From IMG/VR virus record IMGVR_UViG_3300046786_000447: DNA of 55,716 nt; one strand, 5' to 3'. The notes beneath the pieces are model-generated. The model worked only from the letters and a program-made list of their open reading frames with translations. It was not told the DNA's origin and made no database searches. A program made the translations under genes and the position numbers. Within the stretch, counting starts at the first letter, position 1. Every line of letters starts with the position of its first letter. Source of the DNA: an uncultured virus (IMG/VR IMGVR_UViG_3300046786_000447). Its lineage: Duplodnaviria; Heunggongvirae; Uroviricota; Caudoviricetes. Of this stretch, positions 38,426 through 49,334 are shown one piece after another.

Positions 38426-39093
38426 AGTGATGTTCCTGCCTTTGATAGCCATTCGTAGCCTTGTCGTACTCCTGCTGATCTACCGCCAACCTTTGCAGAA
38501 GAAAGTCCAGACTTAAAGTGTGTTGGTTCTGAAAGATACTTGTCTAGCCCTGTTGCATGCAAAAATGACTGAGAAAAATAGCTTTCCATGAATGATCTAA
38601 TTGTAGACTCATATCCACCTTGTGCTTGTGGTCCACCAGGGTCCTTAACAGTAACTGGCTTTTGTGTGAATACAGTCTCGCCATTATCATTAAATACTAA
38701 AACTTTTCTCTTTGGCTTAATCGTAACAGGAATTCCATCCTCCATTATTTTTGCCTTATTATAAAAAATATATCCAGATTCTCCAGCCACTGATGACTGT
38801 CTGAAAGATGAGTTTATGGACAGGCCATTTCCCGAAGTGCGGTAATTGATGTCGAACAATCTACCAGACTCTGTACCATTCATACCGAATTCATATACAT
38901 GCTTTAGCTTCTGTGGTTCTAGTCTTGCCATTACATCTACATATTCCCCTATTTTTTCTTGAATAAGTGAGCCAAGATTATTTAGGAAAACTGGAGTAGC
39001 TTTTTTAGCACCATCGATAAAACCAAGAGAGTACTCAATAATACTATTCATATCATTAACAAATTTGGAGTCATCAAATTTTACAGTTATCAT
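38422..39093 (-). CDS. Neck-region protein (HK97 gp10-like position)
   Basis: HVYE..G...RLF...KAKIMEDGIPVTIKP; coupled to neighbours. Confidence 0.55.
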   Translation of the reverse strand: MITVKFDDSKFVNDMNSIIEYSLGFIDGAKKATPVFLNNLGSLIQEKIGEYVDVMARLEPQKLKHVYEFGMNGTESGRLFDINYRTSGNGLSINSSFRQSSVAGESGYIFYNKAKIMEDGIPVTIKPKRKVLVFNDNGETVFTQKPVTVKDPGGPQAQGGYESTIRSFMESYFSQSFLHATGLDKYLSEPTHFKSGLSSAKVGGRSAGVRQGYEWLSKAGTSL

Positions 39094-39542
39094 TAGATGT
39101 CAACGCCTTGGTTTTCTGATCTTCTGATGACTAGTTTATAATATTCAACTGAACCGAAGGGACCAACCACTGGCTCCTGTGATGCAATTTCAAAAATTGT
39201 TGCCTTGCCTTGGCGAGCACCAGAAGTTTCCATGTATATCTGGTTACCATGTGCATCCTTGATATTTGTAAGAACGATATTGGTATACGCTTCTCCAACG
39301 TCTTGTTTAGAAATCCTAATGTCAGATCTGGTTCTACCAACTAGAATCATATCCTTGGTAATGTTAACGTTTGGAACAATTTCTTCTTTAGACTTTTGAG
39401 TTGGTGCTGCAAAGCTACATGCTACTGTCTTATTGTGCATCCATGTCTTTTTGACGTTTCCATATACACCCTGCTCTACTGTAGGGTAATAAACATCAGC
39501 ACATAAAGGAAAAACAAAATCTGTAGATTCGCAATAAACCAT
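39093..39542 (-). CDS. Putative head-tail stopper
   Basis: Position after the adaptor; beta-rich 149 aa. Confidence 0.55.
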   Translation of the reverse strand: MVYCESTDFVFPLCADVYYPTVEQGVYGNVKKTWMHNKTVACSFAAPTQKSKEEIVPNVNITKDMILVGRTRSDIRISKQDVGEAYTNIVLTNIKDAHGNQIYMETSGARQGKATIFEIASQEPVVGPFGSVEYYKLVIRRSENQGVDI

Positions 39543-40450
39543 TAGAGAACTCCAATTTTCTTGATAGTTTTAACATACTTATTAAGTATCTTATCAACTA
39601 CAGAATTTCCAGTTCCCTCCATCAGTCCTTTATTGAATTGAATTGTAAACTGATCAGTCTGATAGCTATCGACATATCTCTTATAATAATCTAGCTTATT
39701 GCACTTAATATCCTCAACAAGCATTTTAGTTGCTGCCTCTACATCTGCTGGAATTGTTCTATACCCTTCGTCAAGGACGAATAGGTAGTCTGCACCCTTT
39801 TTGAATGTTCCATAATTACGTGCATCCCAGACTAGATCTCCAGCAGCATAAGGCATGTTAATCTGTGTTGATGAAATTAGATTGGCCTGACCAGTCCACT
39901 CTTTTACAATTGCAGAGTTATCTAGCGTAACTCTAAAATTAAAGGCATTTGTTGTAGGGGTTTCAATATCATATACAAGAACGTTATTCTCATACACCTT
40001 TAGCACACGGTTAGCATCTCTCCAAACAGGAAGGTAGTCTAGACCATTTCCCTGGACTTGATAAATAGATTTGTGGTTATAAAAGCCATCTTCTGTAAAA
40101 TCATCAATGAGCGAACGAGCAATTAGCTCATACATCTTGTACTCTTCAACCTCTGAGGGGAGAGTTCCCATCTTTTTAGGATCTACATAGGGCCTAACAA
40201 TGTCTAGGTTTTCTTCATAAATAATATGTTCATGTTCAGCATCATAAAAACGAAGCAAGAACTTTCTATCGAACTGTACCTTGCTTATTGGCAAAACATA
40301 TGTTACTACACCATCTGAATCAGATGTGATTGTTGTCTCTTCTATTGAGTGGTCCACCAAATCCTCAACATAGAGAATGTATGCGTAATTAGCATCTGGC
40401 AAATTCCATGTTGTTGTTAGTGGATATGGTGGAACCCTCAATATTTCCAT
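39542..40450 (-). CDS. Head-to-tail adaptor
   Basis: ARSLID...GYRTIPADVEAAT...TGNSVVDKILNKY. Confidence 0.68.
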   Translation of the reverse strand: MEILRVPPYPLTTTWNLPDANYAYILYVEDLVDHSIEETTITSDSDGVVTYVLPISKVQFDRKFLLRFYDAEHEHIIYEENLDIVRPYVDPKKMGTLPSEVEEYKMYELIARSLIDDFTEDGFYNHKSIYQVQGNGLDYLPVWRDANRVLKVYENNVLVYDIETPTTNAFNFRVTLDNSAIVKEWTGQANLISSTQINMPYAAGDLVWDARNYGTFKKGADYLFVLDEGYRTIPADVEAATKMLVEDIKCNKLDYYKRYVDSYQTDQFTIQFNKGLMEGTGNSVVDKILNKYVKTIKKIGVL

Positions 40451-40908
40451 TATAGACCGTAACCCTTAGCTACTTCTTTTGCGTCTGCAATGCGTACGTG
40501 CTCCTTTGTAAGCCACTTATCAGCAGCTTCCTTAGACACGATGTTATAGCCCTTAGAAAGCTTTCCTACGCCCTCCCAGTGCATGTTGCGACCTGAGTAT
40601 AGGGCGACAACGTCCTTCTTTGCCTCTGGGGCAGCAGGCTTAGCAGCTGGCTTTGGAGTGTTAGCCTTCTTGTCTGCTCCAATTACACCATTAGCTACAG
40701 ATCCTAGAACCTGTACTTCTTCCTTTGGTGAACCCTTTGGACCAGTAATTACTGAGTCGTCTGGCTTTGGTGCTTCTTCAATCTTGGCTTCTGAAAGAAT
40801 CTCCGCTACAATCTCTTCTGCCTTTTCAGCAGTTTCTGGAGCAATGATTGGCTCATTCTCTACGATTGTTGCTGGGACTACATCTTCATTTTTAATATCT
40901 TCAGACAT
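40450..40908 (-). CDS. Hypothetical protein after the capsid gene (acidic/Pro-rich N-terminus)
   Basis: AAGGAGG RBS; C-terminal VALYSGRNMHWEGVGKLSKGYNIV. Confidence 0.65.
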   Translation of the reverse strand: MSEDIKNEDVVPATIVENEPIIAPETAEKAEEIVAEILSEAKIEEAPKPDDSVITGPKGSPKEEVQVLGSVANGVIGADKKANTPKPAAKPAAPEAKKDVVALYSGRNMHWEGVGKLSKGYNIVSKEAADKWLTKEHVRIADAKEVAKGYGL

Positions 40909-40956
40909 AATGCCTCCTTAAATTGTCTAGTTATATTATACATTAATATATGGATA

Positions 40957-40986
40957 AGGGGCAGGAGCTTGGATGCCCCTGCCCCC
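40957..40986 (-). terminator. Stem-loop terminator after the major capsid gene
   Basis: Minus strand GGGGCAGGGGC-ATCCAA-GCTCCTGCCCC-TTAT. Confidence 0.7.
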
Positions 40987-41006
40987 TAAAAGGTACCAAC
41001 TACAGA

Positions 41007-42140
41007 TTATGAATCTGAAGCAGCGTCTGCGAACGCAATAGCGTCCTGCTCTTCCCACTGGATACCAAAGCGTACGAATACTGTATATTCTACAGTGTCC
41101 TTCTTTGGCTTGTATTCACGGTTTACAGTGATGTCTCTCTGGAAACCCCAAACACGGTTGGTTGGGAATGTAAGGTCAACGTAACCTTCTGGGTAGTAAG
41201 GAACTTCCTGTACGTCAATTCCTAGAACACGAGTTGTACGTGCTCCACCGAATGTCTGACCATTACCATCAAGGTATGCCTGACGGTTTGCAGGTGTACC
41301 AGCAGGTGTACCAGCAAATGCTTCAGCGATTGCGTCAGCAAGAGTACCATTGTGCTTTACGATACCAGCAAATGCGTCTGTACCAGCGTAGAACTTAAGG
41401 TTATTCTTAAGTGCACGGTACTTACGAGGCATAGCAAGGATGAGCTTCTGCATAACTTCTGGAGTCCATGCATTGTCAGCAACTGTTACGATTGCTTCGT
41501 GTGCATCTCCGCCAGTCTTAACCTTCTTAACAAAACCAGTCATGATGTTCAAGAAAGCATCATTTCCTGTTCCTGTACCATTAATGGCAAGGTCTTCGAT
41601 GTCATTAGCAAAAGCATTTGTCATAAGACGTACTAGGTGATCCTCAAGAGCACCACCCTCAATACCATCTTCCATAGCTTCAGCAGATACTTCCCAGTCA
41701 AGACGAATCTTCTTGGTTGTAAGCTCTACCTTAGAGAATGTAGCACCAGTGTTTGTGTAGTCACCGTTTGCCTGTGCAGCAGCACGGATAACACGCTCAC
41801 CAACGTTAACCTTCTCAAGTTCCATGGTGTTGGCTCTCATTGTTACCTTGCGACCATCCTGTGCAAGAACGGTAGCGTCCCAAACATAATCAATAAATCT
41901 ACGAGCCTGTTCTGGGCGAAGAATACCACTACCTGCATCACCTGAAGGGTTGACGGCATTTGGTCCTGTTGTTACACCATAGTTTGCTGTTGGAATATTT
42001 CCTACGGCACCACCTGTTGAGTAGTTACCTGGAATGTTCGCACCAGCGTCTGATCCTGATGCGAATGCACCCTCACCGTTGTATAGGCCTGAGTCTGCAC
42101 CGTCTGCATCTGGATTATTTTTCTTAATTTCTTCCGACAT
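41007..42140 (-). CDS. Major capsid protein (HK97 fold)
   Basis: GILRPEQARRFID...LTTKKIRLDWEVS..EDGIEG...FANDIEDLAINGT; AGGAGGTG RBS. Confidence 0.93.
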   Translation of the reverse strand: MSEEIKKNNPDADGADSGLYNGEGAFASGSDAGANIPGNYSTGGAVGNIPTANYGVTTGPNAVNPSGDAGSGILRPEQARRFIDYVWDATVLAQDGRKVTMRANTMELEKVNVGERVIRAAAQANGDYTNTGATFSKVELTTKKIRLDWEVSAEAMEDGIEGGALEDHLVRLMTNAFANDIEDLAINGTGTGNDAFLNIMTGFVKKVKTGGDAHEAIVTVADNAWTPEVMQKLILAMPRKYRALKNNLKFYAGTDAFAGIVKHNGTLADAIAEAFAGTPAGTPANRQAYLDGNGQTFGGARTTRVLGIDVQEVPYYPEGYVDLTFPTNRVWGFQRDITVNREYKPKKDTVEYTVFVRFGIQWEEQDAIAFADAASDS

Positions 42141-42163
42141 ATTGTCACCTCCTAAGTGATGTA

Positions 42164-43459
42164 TTACTTAAATAGATCGGCTGTTTTGAGGAAACGTCCG
42201 CCCCATATGGATTTTTCAACCTGTGTCTCAGGCTGTTCCTGAACGATCTCGCCTAGATCGCCAGACTTTCGGAAAGCTGTGTCTGCTTCTACAGCGTCTA
42301 CTCTCTTTCCAAACTCATTAAATGTTCCCTTCGCATCGGCAACTTCTGCCTTAACTGTTTCTAGGGACTTTGTCAATGATTCAATTTCTGATTTCATTGA
42401 CTTTACTGTTGATACAATGTCGCTAAAGGCTGATGTTACAGTATCCTTAATGTCATTAATTGACTTTGAAAGATCCTCAGCATCATCTGATTTCTTAGCC
42501 TTATCCTCTTCTGCTTCAGCTCCTGGCATTTCGCCAGCATCTTCTGCAGGAGTCTCCTCATCTGCGTGTGGCTTCATAGCCTTTTCTGCATTTTCGTCAT
42601 CTGGAGTTGACTCAGCTTTTGCCTCTGGAGCGACCTCAACAGTATCTACAACTGCATCAGTCTTTTCAACTGTTGCTTCGGCTGTTGTTTCTTCTGTCAT
42701 AGGACTTACCTCCTTTGTCATCTTAGAAAGATTAATGCCTTTAGCACTATCAACTAAGAACTTTACTACTGTTAGTTTTTCGTTATCATCTTTTTCAACG
42801 AAACCTATATTTTTCATTGGCTCACCACTTACTGGACTTACCAATGATTCTTGATCTGATATCTTTACAATACCATTGTCAGCATCATAGAATACATTCT
42901 CAATAGAGACTTCTGCTGCTGGTCCTGACACTACATCCTTACCGTCCACCTTCTGGACAGAAAGAATATTAGCAAATTGGTTAGCTGGGTTATCTACCAA
43001 CGAAAGTTCGACTAGGTCGTAATCCTTAATAATTCTAATAGGGCTATCCATCTTTGCATCGTATGCATCATCCCACTCGTTCATACGACCACCGATTGAA
43101 AAACCTGAGAGAGTTCCATCAAGAACCTTCTCCCATGTATCCTGAGCACCCTTTGATACATATGCAGAAACATAAATTCCGCTATACATCTTCTGTGTCT
43201 CTGGATCAAAATATTTATCTTCTCTGAATGCGACCATCTTGCCTACTGCTAGAGGTTCATGCATTTCACGGATGTTACCACGGAACTTTGAGAAAGCCTT
43301 CATAGAGGCTTCTGGAGTTACAATGTCGCACTGCTTGTCAATGTTATCAAGAGTGGCAAAGCCAGACACAATACGCTTTTCTTGGTCCACTTTTGAGAGT
43401 GGCATAGAAATTCTGATGTCAGAACCTTCTGAGGTCCAATAAGCCTTTGAGATAGTCAT
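42164..43459 (-). CDS. Prohead (capsid maturation) protease with scaffold-like C-terminus
   Basis: REMH...GFSIGG...ELSLVDNPAN; acidic linker and coiled coil. Confidence 0.9.
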   Translation of the reverse strand: MTISKAYWTSEGSDIRISMPLSKVDQEKRIVSGFATLDNIDKQCDIVTPEASMKAFSKFRGNIREMHEPLAVGKMVAFREDKYFDPETQKMYSGIYVSAYVSKGAQDTWEKVLDGTLSGFSIGGRMNEWDDAYDAKMDSPIRIIKDYDLVELSLVDNPANQFANILSVQKVDGKDVVSGPAAEVSIENVFYDADNGIVKISDQESLVSPVSGEPMKNIGFVEKDDNEKLTVVKFLVDSAKGINLSKMTKEVSPMTEETTAEATVEKTDAVVDTVEVAPEAKAESTPDDENAEKAMKPHADEETPAEDAGEMPGAEAEEDKAKKSDDAEDLSKSINDIKDTVTSAFSDIVSTVKSMKSEIESLTKSLETVKAEVADAKGTFNEFGKRVDAVEADTAFRKSGDLGEIVQEQPETQVEKSIWGGRFLKTADLFK

Positions 43460-43518
43460 GGTAATTATATTATAGAGCCCTTTTTGTACTTTTTACTCTT
43501 TTTGTGAGCTTTCCCACA

Positions 43519-43527
43519 ATTATAGCA
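43519..43527 (-). promoter_or_regulatory. Extended -10 promoter for protease/capsid genes
   Basis: TGTGCTATAAT on the minus strand in the intergenic gap. Confidence 0.6.
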
Positions 43528-43533
43528 CAATTT

Positions 43534-45174
43534 TTATTGAGAAGCTCTACCCTCTCCCTTTGGATTTCTTCCAGAAACTGTTGCAGTGCTATCAGATGCA
43601 TTGTTTGTTCTTTCTGAATCTCTTGCTCTGTTAGCTGTTTCATTTGCAACGTCCTGTGGCTTCATCTGCATTGGCTTGTTACCTTCGCCATCTGGACGTG
43701 CTGGCTTACCAAGAATCTCACGTGCTTCGTCAGGAGTAATAATCTGATTCTTAACATAACGCTCAAGAATCTGTGACTGTGCAATTTCATCTGTAAGTGT
43801 AAGTTCCTTAAACTTGAACTCTACAATATCTGTCTTTTCGTGAATAATCTTGTTGATGATCTTTTGAATAACATCTTGTCTAGGACGTGCAACCTGTTCC
43901 TTGAAAGTACGATCTTGAGCGAGTGCTGCTGCAATTGAAGCAGAATCTCCTCCACCAATCTTTGATAGTGGAACCTGATGAGCAACAAGAATATCATCAC
44001 GATTCCTGATTCTATACTCATTAAAGGATGCCTCTTGTGCTCCAGTTTCAACAGCTTCCATCTTGAACTCTACCTTATTGGTATCAGTATCTCCAGGAAG
44101 TGGAATGTATAGGGTTCTGTGATGCTGCCCCTTAAGGCTTGTCTGTAGGAATCTAAACATCTTGTCCTCAGCATCTTCTGAAAGTCTTGCACCCTTTAGA
44201 GTAACGACATAACGAGGAACACCCTTATTTCCAAAGTAGTCAATGTTATATTGAGACGCTAGCTGGTCTCCATGAAGCGATCCAATTGCTGACATAATAT
44301 CTGGAACACCGTAAAAAGTATTTAGTGGAGAATATGACTTAAAGTGAATAATCTCATTTGGTCTTGGATCACCAGTAATTGGGTTTGCATTCTTTGCACC
44401 AAAGTTACGGAAATAAACTACACGCTGTCCAATAATCTGAACATATCCATCATGCAGCCTTCTAACTCTCATCGTGGTTGCTGGAATATGACCAATATAA
44501 CCAATGTCACCCTTGACAGTTCTACCAACCTCAAGGTATCCATTTCCAGTTGCTTCATAATCAGTCATAACCTTCATCATTACGTTTGTAAATGACTCAT
44601 CGGAGTTTAGGCTTTCTAGCCAGTCACGCAACTCCACCTTAATTCTTTCAATTCTCTTTTTTGCTTTTTCTGTAGCACTTTCACTTGAAGATGCCTCAAG
44701 GGACATCATAGTTTTCTTTGATACCTCAAAATCATAACCAAGACCAACAATATTCTCTACCTTGGCATCAATGGCAGCATGGTTAGCAAATGAGGTGTCG
44801 TAGTAATTGGCAAGTTCGTATAGGTTCCATGGTGGGGTGATTACATCGAAGATTCCATATCCATTTCTGAATACTGTTCCTGGATTAATTTCCTTTGAAC
44901 GTGCACCGTCACGACCAGTATTAACAGCAAGTGCTGAATCTTGATATGATGGATTTAGTGTGTCAACTCCAGTATTCACAACTCTGTTCTGGAGCAGTGG
45001 ATCAATGGCCTTAGCCATTCTCTCAGCTCTACGCTTAAAGTTCTTCTCAATACCACCAATATTCTTAAGTTCATCCCAAGATTTAGCAAATGGGTCTTGA
45101 TCCTTAAACTTATCGACAACTACTTCTTTGTCTGAAATACTTGCAGGTATATATATTGGTGTATCGTCTGACAT
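43534..45174 (-). CDS. Portal protein
   Basis: TGNGYLEV, EIIHFK...FYGVP, YFGNKGVP, ILVAHQVP, ITPDEARE. Confidence 0.92.
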   Translation of the reverse strand: MSDDTPIYIPASISDKEVVVDKFKDQDPFAKSWDELKNIGGIEKNFKRRAERMAKAIDPLLQNRVVNTGVDTLNPSYQDSALAVNTGRDGARSKEINPGTVFRNGYGIFDVITPPWNLYELANYYDTSFANHAAIDAKVENIVGLGYDFEVSKKTMMSLEASSSESATEKAKKRIERIKVELRDWLESLNSDESFTNVMMKVMTDYEATGNGYLEVGRTVKGDIGYIGHIPATTMRVRRLHDGYVQIIGQRVVYFRNFGAKNANPITGDPRPNEIIHFKSYSPLNTFYGVPDIMSAIGSLHGDQLASQYNIDYFGNKGVPRYVVTLKGARLSEDAEDKMFRFLQTSLKGQHHRTLYIPLPGDTDTNKVEFKMEAVETGAQEASFNEYRIRNRDDILVAHQVPLSKIGGGDSASIAAALAQDRTFKEQVARPRQDVIQKIINKIIHEKTDIVEFKFKELTLTDEIAQSQILERYVKNQIITPDEAREILGKPARPDGEGNKPMQMKPQDVANETANRARDSERTNNASDSTATVSGRNPKGEGRASQ

Positions 45175-45578
45175 TATTCTTCATCCCCGTATTTTGCAAT
45201 AGTATCTTTAGCAGCCTGTACAGCACCCAAGTCATTAAGGTTTGGAATAAGACCTTGCTTCATTCTCTCTACCTGCTCTGAATACTCTTCGTCTGAAATC
45301 TTCTGTACACCTGGCTCAAATACTGGTTCGCCCTCTGGCTGTCCATAGTGAGCTGCTGCCTGTCTAAGCTTAGCGATCTGACTAAGGTCGCCCTTCATTG
45401 ATTGGATAGTTAGATAGTTACCCTCTCCATCAGAAAACATTCTTCCTGTAGGCAATTTCCAGAAGTAAACGCCCCAGTCATACTGCTTTGGCACTACCTG
45501 TACTTTTGTCTCGCCAATTTGACCTGGCATTCTTGGTTTTCCGTCTTTACCAATTAATGGCATATTTAAGTCTTTCAT
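45174..45578 (-). CDS. Hypothetical protein upstream of portal (probably leaderless)
   Basis: TGGTATACT lies 7 nt before the ATG of MKDLN (45578); an alternative ATG is at 45584. Confidence 0.65.
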   Translation of the reverse strand: MKDLNMPLIGKDGKPRMPGQIGETKVQVVPKQYDWGVYFWKLPTGRMFSDGEGNYLTIQSMKGDLSQIAKLRQAAAHYGQPEGEPVFEPGVQKISDEEYSEQVERMKQGLIPNLNDLGAVQAAKDTIAKYGDEE

Positions 45579-45596
45579 AACCATTAGTATACCATA

Positions 45597-48500
45597 TTAT
45601 ACTGGAGTAACGACTGAAGTTACCGCAGAAGCAGTATTCATAAGTCTATATTGATAGTACCTGGTACGGATCTTTTGGCCATCGTCAACAATAATTCTAT
45701 TAGTTCCAGTATATAGCTGATAGATATCTTCTGGATTAATTCCATAGAAAGACCTACTTGACATGATGAGAACTTCATTCCAGATATATGGTGTCCAGAA
45801 TAGCCAGTCTACATCTCCAATTACTGGAGACTCAACCCTAGCCCAACTTCTCTCTGTTGTCACCTGGACCTGCTGTAGCCTGTTAGCTGCGTACATGGAT
45901 AGGTTGTCAAATGAGATTGGCCCAGTTATCTTGATGGAACCTTCGTGGCCACTGACATTAATATAGCTAGCAAAAACAATACCAATGCATGACCACTGCT
46001 TAACTGTTAGAACTGGCTTATTTACTAGCTTACCATTCATGAAGTATGATATACCGTTTTCTACCTGACCAGTGCTCTTGTTAATAGCAAAGATCTTTCC
46101 TCTAGTACCTTCTGGATGTATTGCTTGAACATAAAAAACTATCTCTTCATTGTTTGACTGTATAGAAAATATTTCTTGTGGAGAGTATGGGAAAAAGTCA
46201 TAATCATAAAGTAAGAATGAGTTAATCGCAGCTACCTTATAGTTTGAGGATTTTTCCTTGTTTATTGGAACATAGATACCCCTCTGGACTCTTGGATCAA
46301 AGTCACCAATTACAGATATACCGTTTGACTTATTTAGATATAAGTGAGGAGTTGATTGCTTTGTGATTGTGATTGGATTCTTACCCTTATAGTTATAGTA
46401 AAATCCGTCCTTTTCAAATGGGTAAACTCCTGTTCCAAACTTAGTACCAATTTCCTTTGCTGCTGTTTTGTCAAAGGTCTGAGAAGCAAATGAAAGATTA
46501 TTTATGTAGATTGGATTATGCTCAGTTCCATTTACCTTAAACTGAACCTCAAAGCATAGAGCGACCTTATCTACATCAACATTTGGTGGCATAAACACAA
46601 CTGTATTATTTACTACCTCATATTTTGTATTTATCCATTCTTCCCCTGGTGATACAACCCTACTCTTTGGTGCTGATATTTTTTCTGTATAGTATGTTGG
46701 ACTAGAAGCAACAGCAGAGTCTATAGTTTTAAAGTAAATAAATGTTTTTACCAATGATCTATCAGTGTTGTATCTATAATAAAATTCTGTATTAATTCTT
46801 AGCGACTCATAGTCAACATATCCAGTGTATAGATGATTATCTAGATCGCTATATTTTTTCTGAGTTGGCAAGGCAAACTTATTCTTAAGTGCTGCATATG
46901 TCCATTCATCGACATCTCCAGTAGTCTCTACCTTTTCAAAAATATCTGGTGCTGGGTATGACACATTTATCTGTATAGAGTCCACTCCATTTTGAACTAT
47001 TCCTGCTTGATCTTTGTATGGCTTAGAGAAATAAGATAGTGGAATATAGTCTGACCATGACCCAGTAGAAGCGATGTCAAGTGTACAAATATCATTATCT
47101 TTAAATGTTTTTAGGGTATATGCAGAAATATATGGTGCTAGAATAACTTGTGCATAGCCGTTTGGAGATCCACCATCATATAGATAATCTAGGAAACTTT
47201 GAGTGTATAGGTTTGTTCCAGCATCTGCAATTTGAGTAACAACATCCAGGGCTGTACCTCCACTAATAATAGCTTCTGCAACTTGGTTATTATATTCCCA
47301 CACAAAACCGATATCACTAAATGCGTCTCTTACCTCATATAGGTTGTCTTCATTTAAGAATGAAATAGAGAATATCTTTCCAGTAAAGGTTTGTTTGCCA
47401 TAAGATCCTCCAACATGTACTGATATGTTTGATGAATTTGAAATAAAAGTTCTAAGTGCACCACCAAAATATGATGCAACCTTGTCAAAATCTAGTCCTA
47501 TATTGAGTATTTCTCCCTGAACTATTGGTGATTCAAACAATGTAGTTTGTGTACCAGAAGAATTAAAGATGTACGAAACATTATTGTCCAAAATTTTCGC
47601 CTCTAGATATGATGTGCTTAGGTTATCTCTTAGAATAAATACTGTCTGTCCATTATTACTAGATGATGCTTTTGCAGAAACATAAAAACCTTTTGTTGTT
47701 TTTGAGCCAACGTTTATCTTGTCAAATGATAGGTAGGATCCCGAAGGATTAATCGAATTGTCTGGTTTAAATGAAAAGAATAGTCCAGATAGGTCGTTTT
47801 GATGACTTGCTAAAGCTGTCATTAGCTGTGTCTCTGTTACCTGCCCAAGAACCATGGTTGGCTTGGCATACTGTGGCAAATGAATCTTATCTGCATCAAC
47901 TACAAGGTTTTGAGACCTACCCTTATTCCAAGAAGCCTTTGTTGGATAAGAAAAGTTTTGAGAATACTGAGCAAATTCATAATCAAATGACACTGTTTTT
48001 CCACTATATGCTGTATTGAGAGCATCTGGAACTATTACGCCTTGGCCATATACAAATCTTTTTTTTGCAACTTCTGTTGAAACAGAATATGGAAATATAG
48101 ATACACAGTCGATTTCAAGTGGCTCTATGCTTTCAGAACCATAAATGCCTAGCCAGTCTGCACTCTTACCGTCTATAACTCTTTGTGAAAAGTTGGTATT
48201 CTTTTTATCTACTTCTATATCTATAACCTTAGACCCATTAATTAATAGTTGTGCAGAATCCTGCTGTAGGACAATATGAATTAGCATTGGCCTACCCCAC
48301 TCTAATACCGAGTGAGTCCCTATTTTATTGCCAACTTGCAATTTTATAAATGGTCCTTCGACATAAACTCCATCATTAGAGCCTATTGGTCCAAAAATTC
48401 TAAATGGATCCTGAAGAGTGTTATTAATTTTTGCCCAAAACTCTACGCTAAGGTTTGTATACTTTGCATAATCCATCATAAAGCCGTTTGATGGGAAAAT

Positions 48501-49310
48501 GATAGATGGCAAGCCAGAATCTGCTTGTTCAATAAATGAAGCTGATTGTGCTCCATATACCAACGGAAGTCCATTGCTTCTTGAGTTAATCTTATTGTTT
48601 CCGTCTACAACAATAAATGCATCTTGATCAGATTCACCTGCACCATAAATTCTAATGCCTTTTTTGCCTTCAGGGAATCCATATATTTTTGATGGTAGAT
48701 ACGATATGTCTGTGCCAAGAGATGTTGCACTGCACTCTTCGGACCATTGACCAAATGATAGTCCATTTGTATAAAATGTTAGTGGAGAGTCTTTATCGTA
48801 CTTAACCTTAATTACCATTTTTATATCATATGTAAAGTCATGTGGTATATCAAAGGTTTCTGCAATATTAATCCATGATCCAGAAACAAAAACTGGAAAC
48901 TCTTTTACAATGTCTGTTGTTCCTGCAAAAGGATCTTGATATCTAACACCTATAGAAACTGAAGATACAACATTTTGAGAAAATAACAAAAATGATGATA
49001 CAGAATATGTTGCTAGATATTTATCCAATGCTGAAAAACTTGTTAGTACTGGGCTTTCAATAACAACTAGTCCATCTGATGAGTCTGCTACAAATCTTGT
49101 CGTAGACGATTCAGAGAATGGTTCAGTTCCAAGCTGTTCTTCCAGTTTAGAAGATGTTGCACCAGTTATTGACCACCCTAAAGAAGTAGTAGCTGCTCTT
49201 CTATTTTCTTGAATAAAGTTGTAGTAGTCTGCCTTCTCGTCTATAGGCCAAATAACCAGGGGGCTTTCCTGTAAAATGCGTGAAGCGTATAGATTAAGAG
49301 GTTGCGACAT
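45597..49310 (-). CDS. Large virion protein with LamG/concanavalin-like domain
   Basis: SPLVIWPIDE, LSVEFWAKI...LLING...IDCVSIFPY; AGGAGA RBS. Confidence 0.68.
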   Translation of the reverse strand: MSQPLNLYASRILQESPLVIWPIDEKADYYNFIQENRRAATTSLGWSITGATSSKLEEQLGTEPFSESSTTRFVADSSDGLVVIESPVLTSFSALDKYLATYSVSSFLLFSQNVVSSVSIGVRYQDPFAGTTDIVKEFPVFVSGSWINIAETFDIPHDFTYDIKMVIKVKYDKDSPLTFYTNGLSFGQWSEECSATSLGTDISYLPSKIYGFPEGKKGIRIYGAGESDQDAFIVVDGNNKINSRSNGLPLVYGAQSASFIEQADSGLPSIIFPSNGFMMDYAKYTNLSVEFWAKINNTLQDPFRIFGPIGSNDGVYVEGPFIKLQVGNKIGTHSVLEWGRPMLIHIVLQQDSAQLLINGSKVIDIEVDKKNTNFSQRVIDGKSADWLGIYGSESIEPLEIDCVSIFPYSVSTEVAKKRFVYGQGVIVPDALNTAYSGKTVSFDYEFAQYSQNFSYPTKASWNKGRSQNLVVDADKIHLPQYAKPTMVLGQVTETQLMTALASHQNDLSGLFFSFKPDNSINPSGSYLSFDKINVGSKTTKGFYVSAKASSSNNGQTVFILRDNLSTSYLEAKILDNNVSYIFNSSGTQTTLFESPIVQGEILNIGLDFDKVASYFGGALRTFISNSSNISVHVGGSYGKQTFTGKIFSISFLNEDNLYEVRDAFSDIGFVWEYNNQVAEAIISGGTALDVVTQIADAGTNLYTQSFLDYLYDGGSPNGYAQVILAPYISAYTLKTFKDNDICTLDIASTGSWSDYIPLSYFSKPYKDQAGIVQNGVDSIQINVSYPAPDIFEKVETTGDVDEWTYAALKNKFALPTQKKYSDLDNHLYTGYVDYESLRINTEFYYRYNTDRSLVKTFIYFKTIDSAVASSPTYYTEKISAPKSRVVSPGEEWINTKYEVVNNTVVFMPPNVDVDKVALCFEVQFKVNGTEHNPIYINNLSFASQTFDKTAAKEIGTKFGTGVYPFEKDGFYYNYKGKNPITITKQSTPHLYLNKSNGISVIGDFDPRVQRGIYVPINKEKSSNYKVAAINSFLLYDYDFFPYSPQEIFSIQSNNEEIVFYVQAIHPEGTRGKIFAINKSTGQVENGISYFMNGKLVNKPVLTVKQWSCIGIVFASYINVSGHEGSIKITGPISFDNLSMYAANRLQQVQVTTERSWARVESPVIGDVDWLFWTPYIWNEVLIMSSRSFYGINPEDIYQLYTGTNRIIVDDGQKIRTRYYQYRLMNTASAVTSVVTPV

Positions 49311-49334
49311 ATAAGTTTCTCCTAGTATATTTTA